This document shows, one piece after another, positions 17,076 to 27,009 of a stretch of 44,524 bases of DNA. The translations under genes and the position numbers were made by a program. The notes under the pieces are model-generated. The model was given only the letters and a program-made list of their open reading frames with translations. It had not been told where the DNA came from and made no database searches. The DNA comes from Clostridia bacterium. GTDB taxonomy: Bacteria > Bacillota > Clostridia > Christensenellales > RUG350. The DNA lies in assembly GCA_045538365.1 (NCBI GenBank), contig JAZSRG010000171.1, positions 1-44,524 on the forward strand, given 5' to 3'. Positions within the stretch are counted from its first letter, which is position 1. Each line of letters opens with the position of its first letter.

Positions 17076-18410
17076 ATGTACCGAATATCAGACATACAAA
17101 ATGCGTTGTTGCATGTTGTAGGCTGGGAACAATCATTTGACCCGGCGCGAGCAATAGACAACGATATGACGCAGACGGAAAGCGGTTTATTTTTTCAAAA
17201 TGCACATCCGCTTTTAACGTTAGACAACATCCGGGCTATCATGCCGGATAATTTCATTATGCAATATCCCGAATGGAATATGATAGTTGGGTATCGTGTC
17301 GGACAAAAAGTGCGATATAATAACGTTGTATGGATAGCGCAAGCAGACAACATCAATGAAAAGCCCGCAGGCGATTTTAATAATGATTTTTCACAAGATT
17401 TTAACGGGAGCGCGTGGAAACCATATAATTTCATTAGTGATTATTTGGAAAGATTAACCCGAAATGGAATCGCAACAGCCGTGCAAACATTTACGCAAAT
17501 GAAAGGTTTGCAGAAAGAAACAAAGAATTTGTTGGAGCGTCGAACATTCTTTGACGGGGCGGGACGAATTAACGCCACTTTGCCGAATAGAAATAAAATC
17601 GTTGGTTTTGAAATTACCCCGGTTCGTTCAATGGGCGTTACGTCTAAAATTGAAAGAATCGGTTTGCAAATGACCGGGGGAACGGGTACGGTCAAATTGT
17701 ATTTGTTCCATTCCTCCCAAGTTGACCCAATCCAAACGTTTGAATTGGAGTTTACCAAGACAAATGGCGGCTTCCAATGGTTCGACGTTAAAGATGCGTA
17801 TATGCCGTATATCAGCGACGGAAATAACGCCGGGGGTTCGTGGTTTCTTTGCTACAATCAAGACGAATTGCCGGACGGAATGGAAGCAATCAACGTTTCA
17901 AAGGATTGGTCACGTGAGCCGTGCGGAACATGCAATATCGGCAATATTGAAGCATGGCGGGAATTGACGAAATATTTACAAATATCGCCTTTCATGCGTA
18001 ACGCCCCGTCCACATTCGCAGAATATCCGGAAATGTGGGATATAACCGAAAATTCCTACACTAATACGCAGAATTACGGATTGAACGTTGAAATTACGGT
18101 TGGTTGTGACTTAACCGATTTTATCATTGAGCAACGCCAACTTTTCGCAACCGTTATACAACGTCAAGTTGCGGCAATCGCATTGCGCACGTTGGCAATG
18201 AATCCGGATGTTAGGGTAAACCGCAACCAATCCAACGCGTCCCGTATGGACATACTATATGAATTGGACGGCAATACGTCCGGCGTTCGTCCGTCCGGGT
18301 TGGGTTATGACCTCAAAAAAGCGTATGACGCATTGAGTATTGACACATCCGGAATTGACCGTATTTGTTTGTCGTGCAATAACCACGGCGTTAAATATAG
18401 AACCGTATAA
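17076..18410 (+). CDS. Virion structural protein, unknown role (444 aa)
   Basis: The first ATG after the terminator is 17076. The track start 17022 is TTG and would span the terminator. Confidence 0.7.
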   Translation: MYRISDIQNALLHVVGWEQSFDPARAIDNDMTQTESGLFFQNAHPLLTLDNIRAIMPDNFIMQYPEWNMIVGYRVGQKVRYNNVVWIAQADNINEKPAGDFNNDFSQDFNGSAWKPYNFISDYLERLTRNGIATAVQTFTQMKGLQKETKNLLERRTFFDGAGRINATLPNRNKIVGFEITPVRSMGVTSKIERIGLQMTGGTGTVKLYLFHSSQVDPIQTFELEFTKTNGGFQWFDVKDAYMPYISDGNNAGGSWFLCYNQDELPDGMEAINVSKDWSREPCGTCNIGNIEAWRELTKYLQISPFMRNAPSTFAEYPEMWDITENSYTNTQNYGLNVEITVGCDLTDFIIEQRQLFATVIQRQVAAIALRTLAMNPDVRVNRNQSNASRMDILYELDGNTSGVRPSGLGYDLKKAYDALSIDTSGIDRICLSCNNHGVKYRTV

Positions 18411-18422
18411 TTGTTTTGGGAT

Positions 18423-18881
18423 ATGGATGTAATACAAGCATTGTTAAACCGGGTTGTTGAGTTTAACACCGGGTTAACGTCCGGGGCTTATATCAAAGAA
18501 GCGATTGAGGAAAACGAAGCGTTTATTGTTGAGATAAACAGCGAGGAACAATTGTTTGAAAAGGGTATAACAAGCACGGGCGTATCAATTGCCGATTATG
18601 CACCATATTCGCCCGTAACTGAGGAAATAAAGTTGCAAAAGGGACAACCGATTAATCGCGTAACATTGCGCGATGAGGGCGATTTCCACGCGTCTTTTGC
18701 TATCGAAGCAACCGACGAAGATTTTGAAATTGTCGCAAACGATTGGAAAGTTAAGGATTTGACGTTGTATTATGGCGACGAAATTTTAGGATTGACAGAC
18801 AAAAACATTTTGGTTGTCGCACGTGAATTTGTTTACCCGGCGTTAATGACAACCGCAAGAAAAGTTATTTTGAATGATTGA
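18423..18881 (+). CDS. Hypothetical head-tail module protein (152 aa)
   Basis: ATG 18423 (the track start 18411 is TTG). ATGATTGA overlap with the next gene. Confidence 0.6.
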   Translation: MDVIQALLNRVVEFNTGLTSGAYIKEAIEENEAFIVEINSEEQLFEKGITSTGVSIADYAPYSPVTEEIKLQKGQPINRVTLRDEGDFHASFAIEATDEDFEIVANDWKVKDLTLYYGDEILGLTDKNILVVAREFVYPALMTTARKVILND

Positions 18882-19437
18882 ACGCGTACCAATTAAGAGC
18901 AACCCGCAATTGTTCGACAAAGTGATTGCCAATTTGCAACAAGGCTTGGCGGACAATTTGCCGTGGTTAAACCATTCATTCGGCAAGGCTGAACGATTGG
19001 TTAAGATTATAGGCGGCAAACGTTATTATTCGCCCAATATTTACATTGGAAACAACGAATATGAACTAATAGCCCCCGATTCCAATTTTGGGAATTATTC
19101 GTTTTTCGTGTTAGACGACCCGCAAACGGTGGATTGGAACGTTGGCGAAACAAGCAAATATAAAGTTCCGTTTTCGCTTATTGTTTGGGTTGACATGCGC
19201 ACGATTGAGGATATAGACCAACGGGACACGGAAAGCGTCAAACAACAAATTATCCGGGCGTTAAACGGCGGTATATGGTTACGACATGGTTCGATACAGA
19301 TAAACAAGATATACGAAAGAGCCGAAAACGTTTTTGCCGGGTTTACGCTTGACGAAGTAGATAACCAATTTTTGATGCACCCTTTTTGCGGTTGGCGTTT
19401 TACGGGCGAAATGAGGGTATCAGATAGTTGTATTTAA
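18874..19437 (+). CDS. Hypothetical head-tail module protein (187 aa)
   Basis: ATG ORF coupled to the upstream gene. Confidence 0.65.
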   Translation: MIERVPIKSNPQLFDKVIANLQQGLADNLPWLNHSFGKAERLVKIIGGKRYYSPNIYIGNNEYELIAPDSNFGNYSFFVLDDPQTVDWNVGETSKYKVPFSLIVWVDMRTIEDIDQRDTESVKQQIIRALNGGIWLRHGSIQINKIYERAENVFAGFTLDEVDNQFLMHPFCGWRFTGEMRVSDSCI

Positions 19438-19441
19438 TAAG

Positions 19442-19699
19442 ATGTTAACATTTGTATTATATACCGTAATAATCGCGTTGTTCGCGGGCTTTTGCATTAC
19501 TTTATTACGCAAATGGGGCGTGATTGAGTGGGTGCAAGTCCACGGCAACGCATTTTTCGCAAAGATGTTTAATTGCGATTTCTGTTTGAGTTGGTGGGCG
19601 GGCGTTATATTGTCCGTCGCATTTGCTGTTTGTACCGGGAACGCAACGTTATTGTTAGTTCCCTTTTGTTCCACTATGATAACCCGTTATTTGCTATGA
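19442..19699 (+). CDS. Small integral membrane protein (85 aa, 2-3 TM) inside the tail module
   Basis: Hydrophobic segments FVLYTVIIALFAGFCITLL and WWAGVILSVAFAVCTG. ATGA-coupled to the next gene. Confidence 0.6.
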   Translation: MLTFVLYTVIIALFAGFCITLLRKWGVIEWVQVHGNAFFAKMFNCDFCLSWWAGVILSVAFAVCTGNATLLLVPFCSTMITRYLL

Positions 19700-20466
19700 G
19701 AACAACCAAGATTGGAAAATTTGAAGTTGAGATTTACGACGCTATCGAAGATTTGCCAATGCAACGATTTCATAAGTACAACAAAATGTTGTTAGTTGAC
19801 GCGGGCATTGGTTCGGATTTGTCAGATTTTGACCGACACATTGAGAAAGCCGCGATTTATGCCCGGAGCAAAACCCCGGAATTGGCGGCGGTCGAATTGG
19901 ATAATATGCGACAAAACGTGTATTTCATTCAAACCGGGATTTCTCCCCGCCATTTGGCGTTTGCTGTTTTGGTAAAGAGCATTGACGGGAAAGAATATAA
20001 CGACCTTTCCGACGACGGCTTGCAAAAAATTGTTGACATGTTCGCCGATGTTCCGGTTAAGGACATAACCGCCGAATTTGCGGCGGTCAAAAAAAAAATA
20101 GACGATGAATTGCAAACCTATTTCCCCCGGCTGTTTGACGATGCGACTATAAAGGAGTATTTCGACCAATTAAGACAACGCACGTTGGTTGTATTAGATT
20201 CCATAATTAACGGCGACACGGACGACAAACGGGCGGAAATTGAGAGGATAACAACAGCGTTATTGATGTATAACAAGCCGCAAATTTTTTCCGGTTCGGA
20301 TAATTTGGAAATATCGTTTGACAAGCAATTTGAAAAGATGTGTTTGATGTTGTCCCAACATTTAAACGTAAACCCGAAAAATTATACCGTTTTGGAATAT
20401 TACAACGCGTATGAATATATCAAAGACATGATGAAAGAGAAAGCCAAGAGAGCAAAACGTAAATAA
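19696..20466 (+). CDS. Tail assembly chaperone-like protein (by position only)
   Basis: ATG 19696 overlaps the upstream stop (the track start 19573 is an extension). Lies immediately upstream of the tape measure gene. Contains an A10 run at 20089..20098. Confidence 0.5.
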   Translation: MRTTKIGKFEVEIYDAIEDLPMQRFHKYNKMLLVDAGIGSDLSDFDRHIEKAAIYARSKTPELAAVELDNMRQNVYFIQTGISPRHLAFAVLVKSIDGKEYNDLSDDGLQKIVDMFADVPVKDITAEFAAVKKKIDDELQTYFPRLFDDATIKEYFDQLRQRTLVVLDSIINGDTDDKRAEIERITTALLMYNKPQIFSGSDNLEISFDKQFEKMCLMLSQHLNVNPKNYTVLEYYNAYEYIKDMMKEKAKRAKRK

Positions 20467-20574
20467 ATGCCCCAATTTGGCGCGATAATTTCCCGGATGA
20501 TAAATTACACGTACCGCGAAAGAAAACGCCAATACGGGCAAATTCCGTTTAAATAACATTAAATTTTACATACA

Positions 20575-23500
20575 ATGCCGAACAATCCAATAAAATATTC
20601 GGATTTGGTAAGCCCGGACAATTCGATTACCGACCTTATCAAACAATTGCAAGACCTTTTAAAGACGTACAACGATACCGCCGGGGGAATTAAGGCGGAA
20701 GCCATACAATTAACGCAAGTTTTAAAAGGCGTATCGGGTGCGACGGATGAGGGACGAACCGCCACAAAAAAGGCGGCAGACGATGCGGAAAGATTGGCAA
20801 AGGCTCAACGCGATTTGGCATTTGCTGAGAGCGAAACAGCCCAAAAGATTGCCGAACTGAAAGCTGCGCAAAACGAAGCAAACCAAATTAACAAATTGAC
20901 GGTTAAATTGAATAGTTCCGCCGAAGGTAGTTATGACAGATTGTCGGCGCAATATTCATTAAATAAAATCCGTATCAATGCAATGACGCAAGAGGAGCGA
21001 GAATTGGCAGAGGAGCAAGAGGGACTTATAACTAAAACGCGCGAATTATACGAGGAAATGAAGCGTTTGCAGGAGGAAACGGGCAAACATCAATTGAACG
21101 TCGGTAATTATCCGGAAGTAAGCGGCGCAATTGCGGGCGTTTCGGATAAAGTAACCGAGTTAATCGGGCTTAATAACGCTTTTGGACAAAGTATTTTGGC
21201 GTTGGGTCGTGGCGGTGCGGATAGTAAGGCAGTATTTACAGCAATGGCGGACGGTGCAAAAGCATTGGGCGCGTCGTTAATGGGATTGTTAACTAACCCG
21301 GTATTTATCGCAATCGCAGGAATTGCGGGCGCGGGCGTGGCGTTTAAATGGTGGTATGACTATAACGCCGGATTGGTAGAAGCAACCCGACTAACCCAAC
21401 AATTTACGGGCAAATCCGGGGACGACCTCAAAGCATACCGCAACCAAGTTCAAGCAATCGCGGACACTTTCGACGTTGAATTTAAAGAAACATTGATTGC
21501 CGCCAATGCACTTTCAAAGCAATTCGGAATTGACGCAAACGAAGCGTTACAACTGATTCAAGACGGATTCGTTGCGGGCGCAAATGCCAACGGCGAATTT
21601 ATTGATACGCTGAAAGAATATCCGGCGTATTTTAAGGAAGCCGGAATAAGTGCCGACCAATTCGTTGCAATCGTCGCGCAAACCAATAAAGCGGGTATTT
21701 TCAGCGACAAAGGCGTTGACGCAATCAAGGAAGCAAATTTGAGATTGCGCGAAATGACAACAGCAACGGCGGAAGCGTTAGAGGGTATCGGCATTTCGTC
21801 CGAGCAAGTCCAAGCCGATTTGCAAAGCGGAGCAAAAACAACGTTCCAAGTGATGCAAGATGTTTCGGCAAAACTTAATGAATTGCCGGAAAGTTCCGCC
21901 GCCGTTGGTACAGCCATTGCGGACATATTCGGTGGTCCGGGAGAAGATGCAGGCTTGCAGTATTTACAGACGTTGAGAGATATTTCGACGAATTTAGACG
22001 ACGTAAAGACGAAAGCCGGAATATTGGGACAATTGCAGGAACAGCAGTTGCAAAGCCAATTGGAGTTGCAAAATGCGTTATCGGGATTGTTCGATTTGAC
22101 CGGGGGCAACTTTGAAACACTACAAACCCGCGTTAAAATCTTTATCAATGGAGCATTAACCGGGCTTATCAAGGGCGTTATAAATCTTGCAAATTATCTG
22201 ATTGACTTTTATAACAATTCGTTGTTGTTACGTGCGGCATGGCAAGGAATCGTTGTAACGTTCAAAAATGCGTTCGATACAATCGGCAATTTATTTGGCT
22301 ATTTCATGGATGTATTACGCGCCGTTGGTTCAACTATTAAGGGCGTATTTACATTGGATTGGGACGAATTTAAGGCGGGTTTGTCCGGATTTGCAAACGC
22401 ATTGCCTAATCTTGTTAAGGCGCAAATAAATGATGTACGCGAAAATATAACCGAGGGAATCGAAAACATAAATAACCGATTAGAACCAATTACGATTCCG
22501 GTAACGGTTGACAATGCAGAAGTTGAACAAGTTGCGGCGCAAGTCGTTAAATCTGTTGAGAAAGCGGCGCAAACCGGGGACGGGGGAACGAAACCAAAGC
22601 CAATTGAAAGGATGTTGGGAATTACCCCAATAGATACAAAAAAAATGCTTGGCGGTGTTAAAAAAACAACGCAAGACACATTAACAACGGTTGACAATGT
22701 AATAACAGAAGCGACGCAAGAAACTAAACAGCGCGGAACGGATATATATAGCGTTTTCGGGCTGAATCTTGACGACGACACCAAAGCGGGTATTGATTCA
22801 TCCGTACAATACGCAAAAGATGCGTTAAATAGTTACATAGACGAATATATTGCGGCGACGGAAAAAAAGGTTGAAGCCGCCGACCGTGACGTTGAAGCGG
22901 CACAAAGAGCGTTGGAAGTTGAGATTGAAAACAGAAACGCCGGATATGCGCATAATGTAGCGACCGCGCAAAAGGAATTGGAAATGGCGAAACGCAATCA
23001 AGAAAAGGCGTTGAGAGAGCAAGAGAAAGCCCAAAAGGCACAAGCCGCCGTACAATCTATTATGCAAATCGGCGATTTGGTCACAGCGTCGGCAATGATA
23101 TGGTCGCAACTGGGATTCCCGTGGGCTATCCCGGCTATCGGTATAATGTGGGGGTCTTTTGCCGCTTCAAAAGTAAAAGCGGCGCAATTGGCGAAAACAC
23201 AGACATACGGCGACGGTGGTGTTGAATTGTTGCAAGGAGGTTCGCACCAATCCGGAAACGACATTGATTTCGGAACACGCCCGGACGGAACACGCCGACG
23301 TGCCGAGGGCGGCGAATTTTTCGCGGTTATCAATAAACGCAATTCGCGCCGTTTCCGCCACTTGATACCGGATATTGTTCATTCGCTGAATAATGGAACA
23401 TTCCCGGCAAAGTATATGAACGCGTATGCAACCGGGGACGGGCTGACATTAAACATTGGCGGAAATTCGCCGGATTTACGGGCATTGTCTGACGATGTGC

Positions 23501-23598
23501 GAGAAATCAAGGAACAAAACAAACGCCGTGTTTACGTGGATGCGAACGGCAATATAATTGAAGTTTACAAAAATCTAAGACGCAAAATTAAATCATGA
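20575..23598 (+). CDS. Tail tape measure protein
   Basis: 1007 aa with an N-terminal coiled coil, Gly/Ala-rich hydrophobic segments (NPVFIAIAGIAGAGVAF, WAIPAIGIMWGSFAA) and long helical regions. Confidence 0.8.
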   Translation: MPNNPIKYSDLVSPDNSITDLIKQLQDLLKTYNDTAGGIKAEAIQLTQVLKGVSGATDEGRTATKKAADDAERLAKAQRDLAFAESETAQKIAELKAAQNEANQINKLTVKLNSSAEGSYDRLSAQYSLNKIRINAMTQEERELAEEQEGLITKTRELYEEMKRLQEETGKHQLNVGNYPEVSGAIAGVSDKVTELIGLNNAFGQSILALGRGGADSKAVFTAMADGAKALGASLMGLLTNPVFIAIAGIAGAGVAFKWWYDYNAGLVEATRLTQQFTGKSGDDLKAYRNQVQAIADTFDVEFKETLIAANALSKQFGIDANEALQLIQDGFVAGANANGEFIDTLKEYPAYFKEAGISADQFVAIVAQTNKAGIFSDKGVDAIKEANLRLREMTTATAEALEGIGISSEQVQADLQSGAKTTFQVMQDVSAKLNELPESSAAVGTAIADIFGGPGEDAGLQYLQTLRDISTNLDDVKTKAGILGQLQEQQLQSQLELQNALSGLFDLTGGNFETLQTRVKIFINGALTGLIKGVINLANYLIDFYNNSLLLRAAWQGIVVTFKNAFDTIGNLFGYFMDVLRAVGSTIKGVFTLDWDEFKAGLSGFANALPNLVKAQINDVRENITEGIENINNRLEPITIPVTVDNAEVEQVAAQVVKSVEKAAQTGDGGTKPKPIERMLGITPIDTKKMLGGVKKTTQDTLTTVDNVITEATQETKQRGTDIYSVFGLNLDDDTKAGIDSSVQYAKDALNSYIDEYIAATEKKVEAADRDVEAAQRALEVEIENRNAGYAHNVATAQKELEMAKRNQEKALREQEKAQKAQAAVQSIMQIGDLVTASAMIWSQLGFPWAIPAIGIMWGSFAASKVKAAQLAKTQTYGDGGVELLQGGSHQSGNDIDFGTRPDGTRRRAEGGEFFAVINKRNSRRFRHLIPDIVHSLNNGTFPAKYMNAYATGDGLTLNIGGNSPDLRALSDDVREIKEQNKRRVYVDANGNIIEVYKNLRRKIKS

Positions 23599-25805
23599 AC
23601 CCAAAATATAGATTCTTTTTGCAGTTGAACGGGGGCGGCGAGAAAATCGCCTCTAACCCCGTTTTTAAGGATGATATGACGTTGGATTATGAGTTGGAAA
23701 GCAACCAACGTTTTTATCGTGCCAAGTTGTCCGGTAAATTTTCATTTGTCCGTCAAGATTTCGCAACAATCATGGGGGCGGCATTTGATACCGTGTATTA
23801 TTTTTATATCGAAAAATCCGACGATTGGGGGCAAACATGGACGCAATATTATAAATCAATGTTCATGCGTACCGATTGCACGATAAACACGGACGACCAA
23901 ATTATTTCAGTACAGCCGAACCCGATAGACCAATATAACGACGTTTTGGCGGGACTTGAAAAGGAATATAACCTAATATCATTAGCCCCGGCAATAGAGC
24001 GAATAACATTACAGAAACGCCCGTTAATTCAAATATATATACCGGGCGAAAATATCGTATCATGTTTTTTGTCCGGGTTATCATGGGAGCAAGACGCAAA
24101 CGCAATTGATAGCGTTAGCGATTTAGAAAATATATACCATTTTGCCGCTATTACAAATATTGCGTCAATAACATTGTCGGTTGGCACTCCACAAAACACA
24201 ACTGAACAACAATATTTGGATGCAAACCCGTGGATAAATGAAGCAAGGGGGCAATATATTGGCGATTTGCGAACATATAAGTTTATCAATCCGGATAATG
24301 GCTATTATATCCAAGCGGAAAATCCGGGACAAAGTGGGCGTTATTTGCTATTCGATGCCGATAACGTGCAATTAGCCGCCACGCCTATTTTTACAGACCC
24401 CGACCCAACGTCATACGGGGCGAATTTCCGTTTTGAATATGGGTACGATGTAGAAGATGCAACATATCAATTCGCTTTCCTTTTCCAATCAGTCGGGGCA
24501 AGCGTTCCCGTAATGGGGCGTTATCTGTTAGACGTGGAAACAATCGCGGGTTTGAATACATATGAATTGCCCGTTGATGATATGGTAGGGAACAATCGTA
24601 ATTACCGCCGGGCAATAGGTTACGCCGTTACGGATGTAATAGCCGTTTCCATGAACTTTTCAGATACTCCAACCGAATACGGATTGGCGGACAATGGAAA
24701 ATATTACAATCCGCCTTATTCGTTTTTTGGACAAAAATTTTATCCTATCGCCCGCACGCAATGGGGCAATTATTCAATTTGGTTTGCATTCCACTATTTT
24801 GATGATGCGTTAGAAGTGGCAGGGCGCAAAGCATACACGTTGTGCGATAGTTACCCGGTATCGTCTGTTTTATCTGTTTTGTTACAGCAATTCGCGCCGG
24901 GAATCACGCATGAAGCAACGCCAGAATATAGCCAATTTCTATATAATGCGAACAATCCGATAACGGGTTATTCTTTCCAGTTGTTTGTTACTCCGAAATC
25001 AAATATATTGGTTGGAGATTATCAAACCCCGGTACAGAAAGCCCCAACCACATTGCAACAATTTTTGGATATGTTGCGCAATACATTTCAATTGTATTGG
25101 CATATTGAGGATAACAAATTACGTATTGAACATATTAGTTGGTATCGCAACGGCGGAACATACACCGGAAACGCGGTTGTCGGTTATAATCTTACCACGT
25201 TGGAAAACGTGAGAAACGGCAAAAAATGGGCGTTTGGTACTTCTGAATATACCTTTGACAAAGAGGATATGCCGGAACGTTACCAATTTAGTTGGGCGGA
25301 CGAAGTGACAGAACCATTTGAGGGGCAACCAATACAAATCGTTTCTAAATATGTGCAACCGGGCAAGATTGAAGAAATAAACATTGGCGGTTTTTCGTCT
25401 GACATTGATTTGATGTTGTTAAATCCGGAGCAGTTCAGCCAAGACGGGTTCGCGTTATTAGCAGCGACGCAAGGGGCTAACGGTTGGGAATTACCATTTG
25501 TTCGCCGGGATGTTGACAACGTTACATATTATTTGCAAAACGGTTTAGTTGCAATGGTTAATTTGCAACCTCAATATTGGCTTTATGACATGCCCGCCCG
25601 CAATCTTATTGTCAACGGGGTTCAAGTTTGGGCGTATGGAATCCAACGCAGAAAGTCGCAAACGCTGACTTTCCCGGTTGGGGACGACGACCCGGATTTG
25701 TTGCAACTTGTTAAAACTTACATTGGTAACGGTCAATATGAAAAATTATCTATAAATTTGTTGTCAAGGACAGCAGAAGCAACATTGAAATATGACACAG
25801 AATAA
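23595..25805 (+). CDS. Tail tip/baseplate structural protein (736 aa)
   Basis: ATGA overlap with the tape measure stop. Size and position are typical of distal tail or tail-tip proteins. Confidence 0.55.
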   Translation: MNPKYRFFLQLNGGGEKIASNPVFKDDMTLDYELESNQRFYRAKLSGKFSFVRQDFATIMGAAFDTVYYFYIEKSDDWGQTWTQYYKSMFMRTDCTINTDDQIISVQPNPIDQYNDVLAGLEKEYNLISLAPAIERITLQKRPLIQIYIPGENIVSCFLSGLSWEQDANAIDSVSDLENIYHFAAITNIASITLSVGTPQNTTEQQYLDANPWINEARGQYIGDLRTYKFINPDNGYYIQAENPGQSGRYLLFDADNVQLAATPIFTDPDPTSYGANFRFEYGYDVEDATYQFAFLFQSVGASVPVMGRYLLDVETIAGLNTYELPVDDMVGNNRNYRRAIGYAVTDVIAVSMNFSDTPTEYGLADNGKYYNPPYSFFGQKFYPIARTQWGNYSIWFAFHYFDDALEVAGRKAYTLCDSYPVSSVLSVLLQQFAPGITHEATPEYSQFLYNANNPITGYSFQLFVTPKSNILVGDYQTPVQKAPTTLQQFLDMLRNTFQLYWHIEDNKLRIEHISWYRNGGTYTGNAVVGYNLTTLENVRNGKKWAFGTSEYTFDKEDMPERYQFSWADEVTEPFEGQPIQIVSKYVQPGKIEEINIGGFSSDIDLMLLNPEQFSQDGFALLAATQGANGWELPFVRRDVDNVTYYLQNGLVAMVNLQPQYWLYDMPARNLIVNGVQVWAYGIQRRKSQTLTFPVGDDDPDLLQLVKTYIGNGQYEKLSINLLSRTAEATLKYDTE

Positions 25806-26952
25806 CAATTTTTCCGTACTTCCATTTTACACGGACATAGAGCAACAAAACCATAGAAAAAGTTACGCATTTGGGGCGATTTATCCGTTATTCGCCCCCG
25901 CAAATATTCTTTTGCCATTTCAAATAATGCGCGAACACAGAGAAAAAGAAGTTATTGGCGTTGAATTACAACAACAAAATAGATATAACAATTACTATAT
26001 AAACGAAAATGGGGTACAACCAGCCGAAAGCGGGTTTGATGTTATATCATATTCGCTTGACCTTGATACACATTATTCTATAAAATTTGAAGATTTCGGT
26101 AATGCCAAACGTCGTTATGACGATGCGGTTATAGCATTAGTTGAGGATATAAACGGCAATTATACTGCCTTATCTTCGTCAAATGACCCATTTACGGGCG
26201 TGTGGGTACTTCCTCAAAATTCCGTGCGTCTATATGTTCAAATAAAAGTTACGGGTTCGGAGAATACATTTGTTGCGATTGCTCAATATTTACGTCCTAT
26301 CGAATTAGTGAATTTATATGATAAAGACGGGGTTTTGATAGGGGATATAACGCAATACATGCAAGATGCAGGATTGCAAGTTGTCGAATTTTCGCCACTT
26401 GGTTATGATGTTATTGTTTTTCCGGCTATTATGCCGATGCAAACAAACATGTTAGACGGATTCCACTATTTGAGTATTTCCGACGGTGTGCAAACATGGT
26501 ATTCCGACATGTTTACAATAGTGCATGACATGACACCATATTTGAAAATAGAATGGTGGGACGTGGAAAATTTCGTATTTGACGCGGGGCAAATTGTATA
26601 TCAGAATCCGGCATTTAAAAACCGCTTGTATTTCTGTACGGAATTGGGAAAACCCGAATATCAGTTTGAGGAAGAGGGCGAAAGCCGGGACGGGTACTAT
26701 TTCCCAACTAAACAGATAAGCGAAAAGACATACAAATGCACGGTTTTAGCGCCGGAATATCTTTGCGACGTTATGCGCTTTATCCGAATGGCTGATTACG
26801 TCAGAATAACGGATAAATACGGACGCGAATATGACGTTGATACGTTTTTAATAACACCGAAATGGCAGACGCAAGGCGATTTGGCAAGCGTCGAAATTGA
26901 GTTTGAAACAAACACCGTTGCAAAGAAGATTGGGAAAGGTTATACAATGTAG
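25792..26952 (+). CDS. Tail/baseplate structural protein (386 aa)
   Basis: Overlaps the upstream gene by 14 nt. Lies in the tail module. Confidence 0.5.
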   Translation: MTQNNNFSVLPFYTDIEQQNHRKSYAFGAIYPLFAPANILLPFQIMREHREKEVIGVELQQQNRYNNYYINENGVQPAESGFDVISYSLDLDTHYSIKFEDFGNAKRRYDDAVIALVEDINGNYTALSSSNDPFTGVWVLPQNSVRLYVQIKVTGSENTFVAIAQYLRPIELVNLYDKDGVLIGDITQYMQDAGLQVVEFSPLGYDVIVFPAIMPMQTNMLDGFHYLSISDGVQTWYSDMFTIVHDMTPYLKIEWWDVENFVFDAGQIVYQNPAFKNRLYFCTELGKPEYQFEEEGESRDGYYFPTKQISEKTYKCTVLAPEYLCDVMRFIRMADYVRITDKYGREYDVDTFLITPKWQTQGDLASVEIEFETNTVAKKIGKGYTM

Positions 26953-27009
26953 ACATAGGCAAGAAAGCCGATTAAAGTAATGATTTAAAAATCAATAAAA
27001 ATTATCATC

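Noticed and set aside
20089-20098. A10 run in the chaperone-like gene upstream of the tape measure, as a programmed frameshift site (G/GT-like).
   Set aside because: The -1 frame hits TGA after 3 codons and the +1 frame hits TAG immediately. No extended trans-frame product is possible, and at most a truncation would result.
20467-20556. A 29-codon basic ORF starting with the ATG directly after, and in frame with, the TAA of gene 19696..20466; possible readthrough extension.
   Set aside because: There is no evidence for TAA readthrough, it is very short, and nothing supports it beyond the frame coincidence. It is left unannotated.
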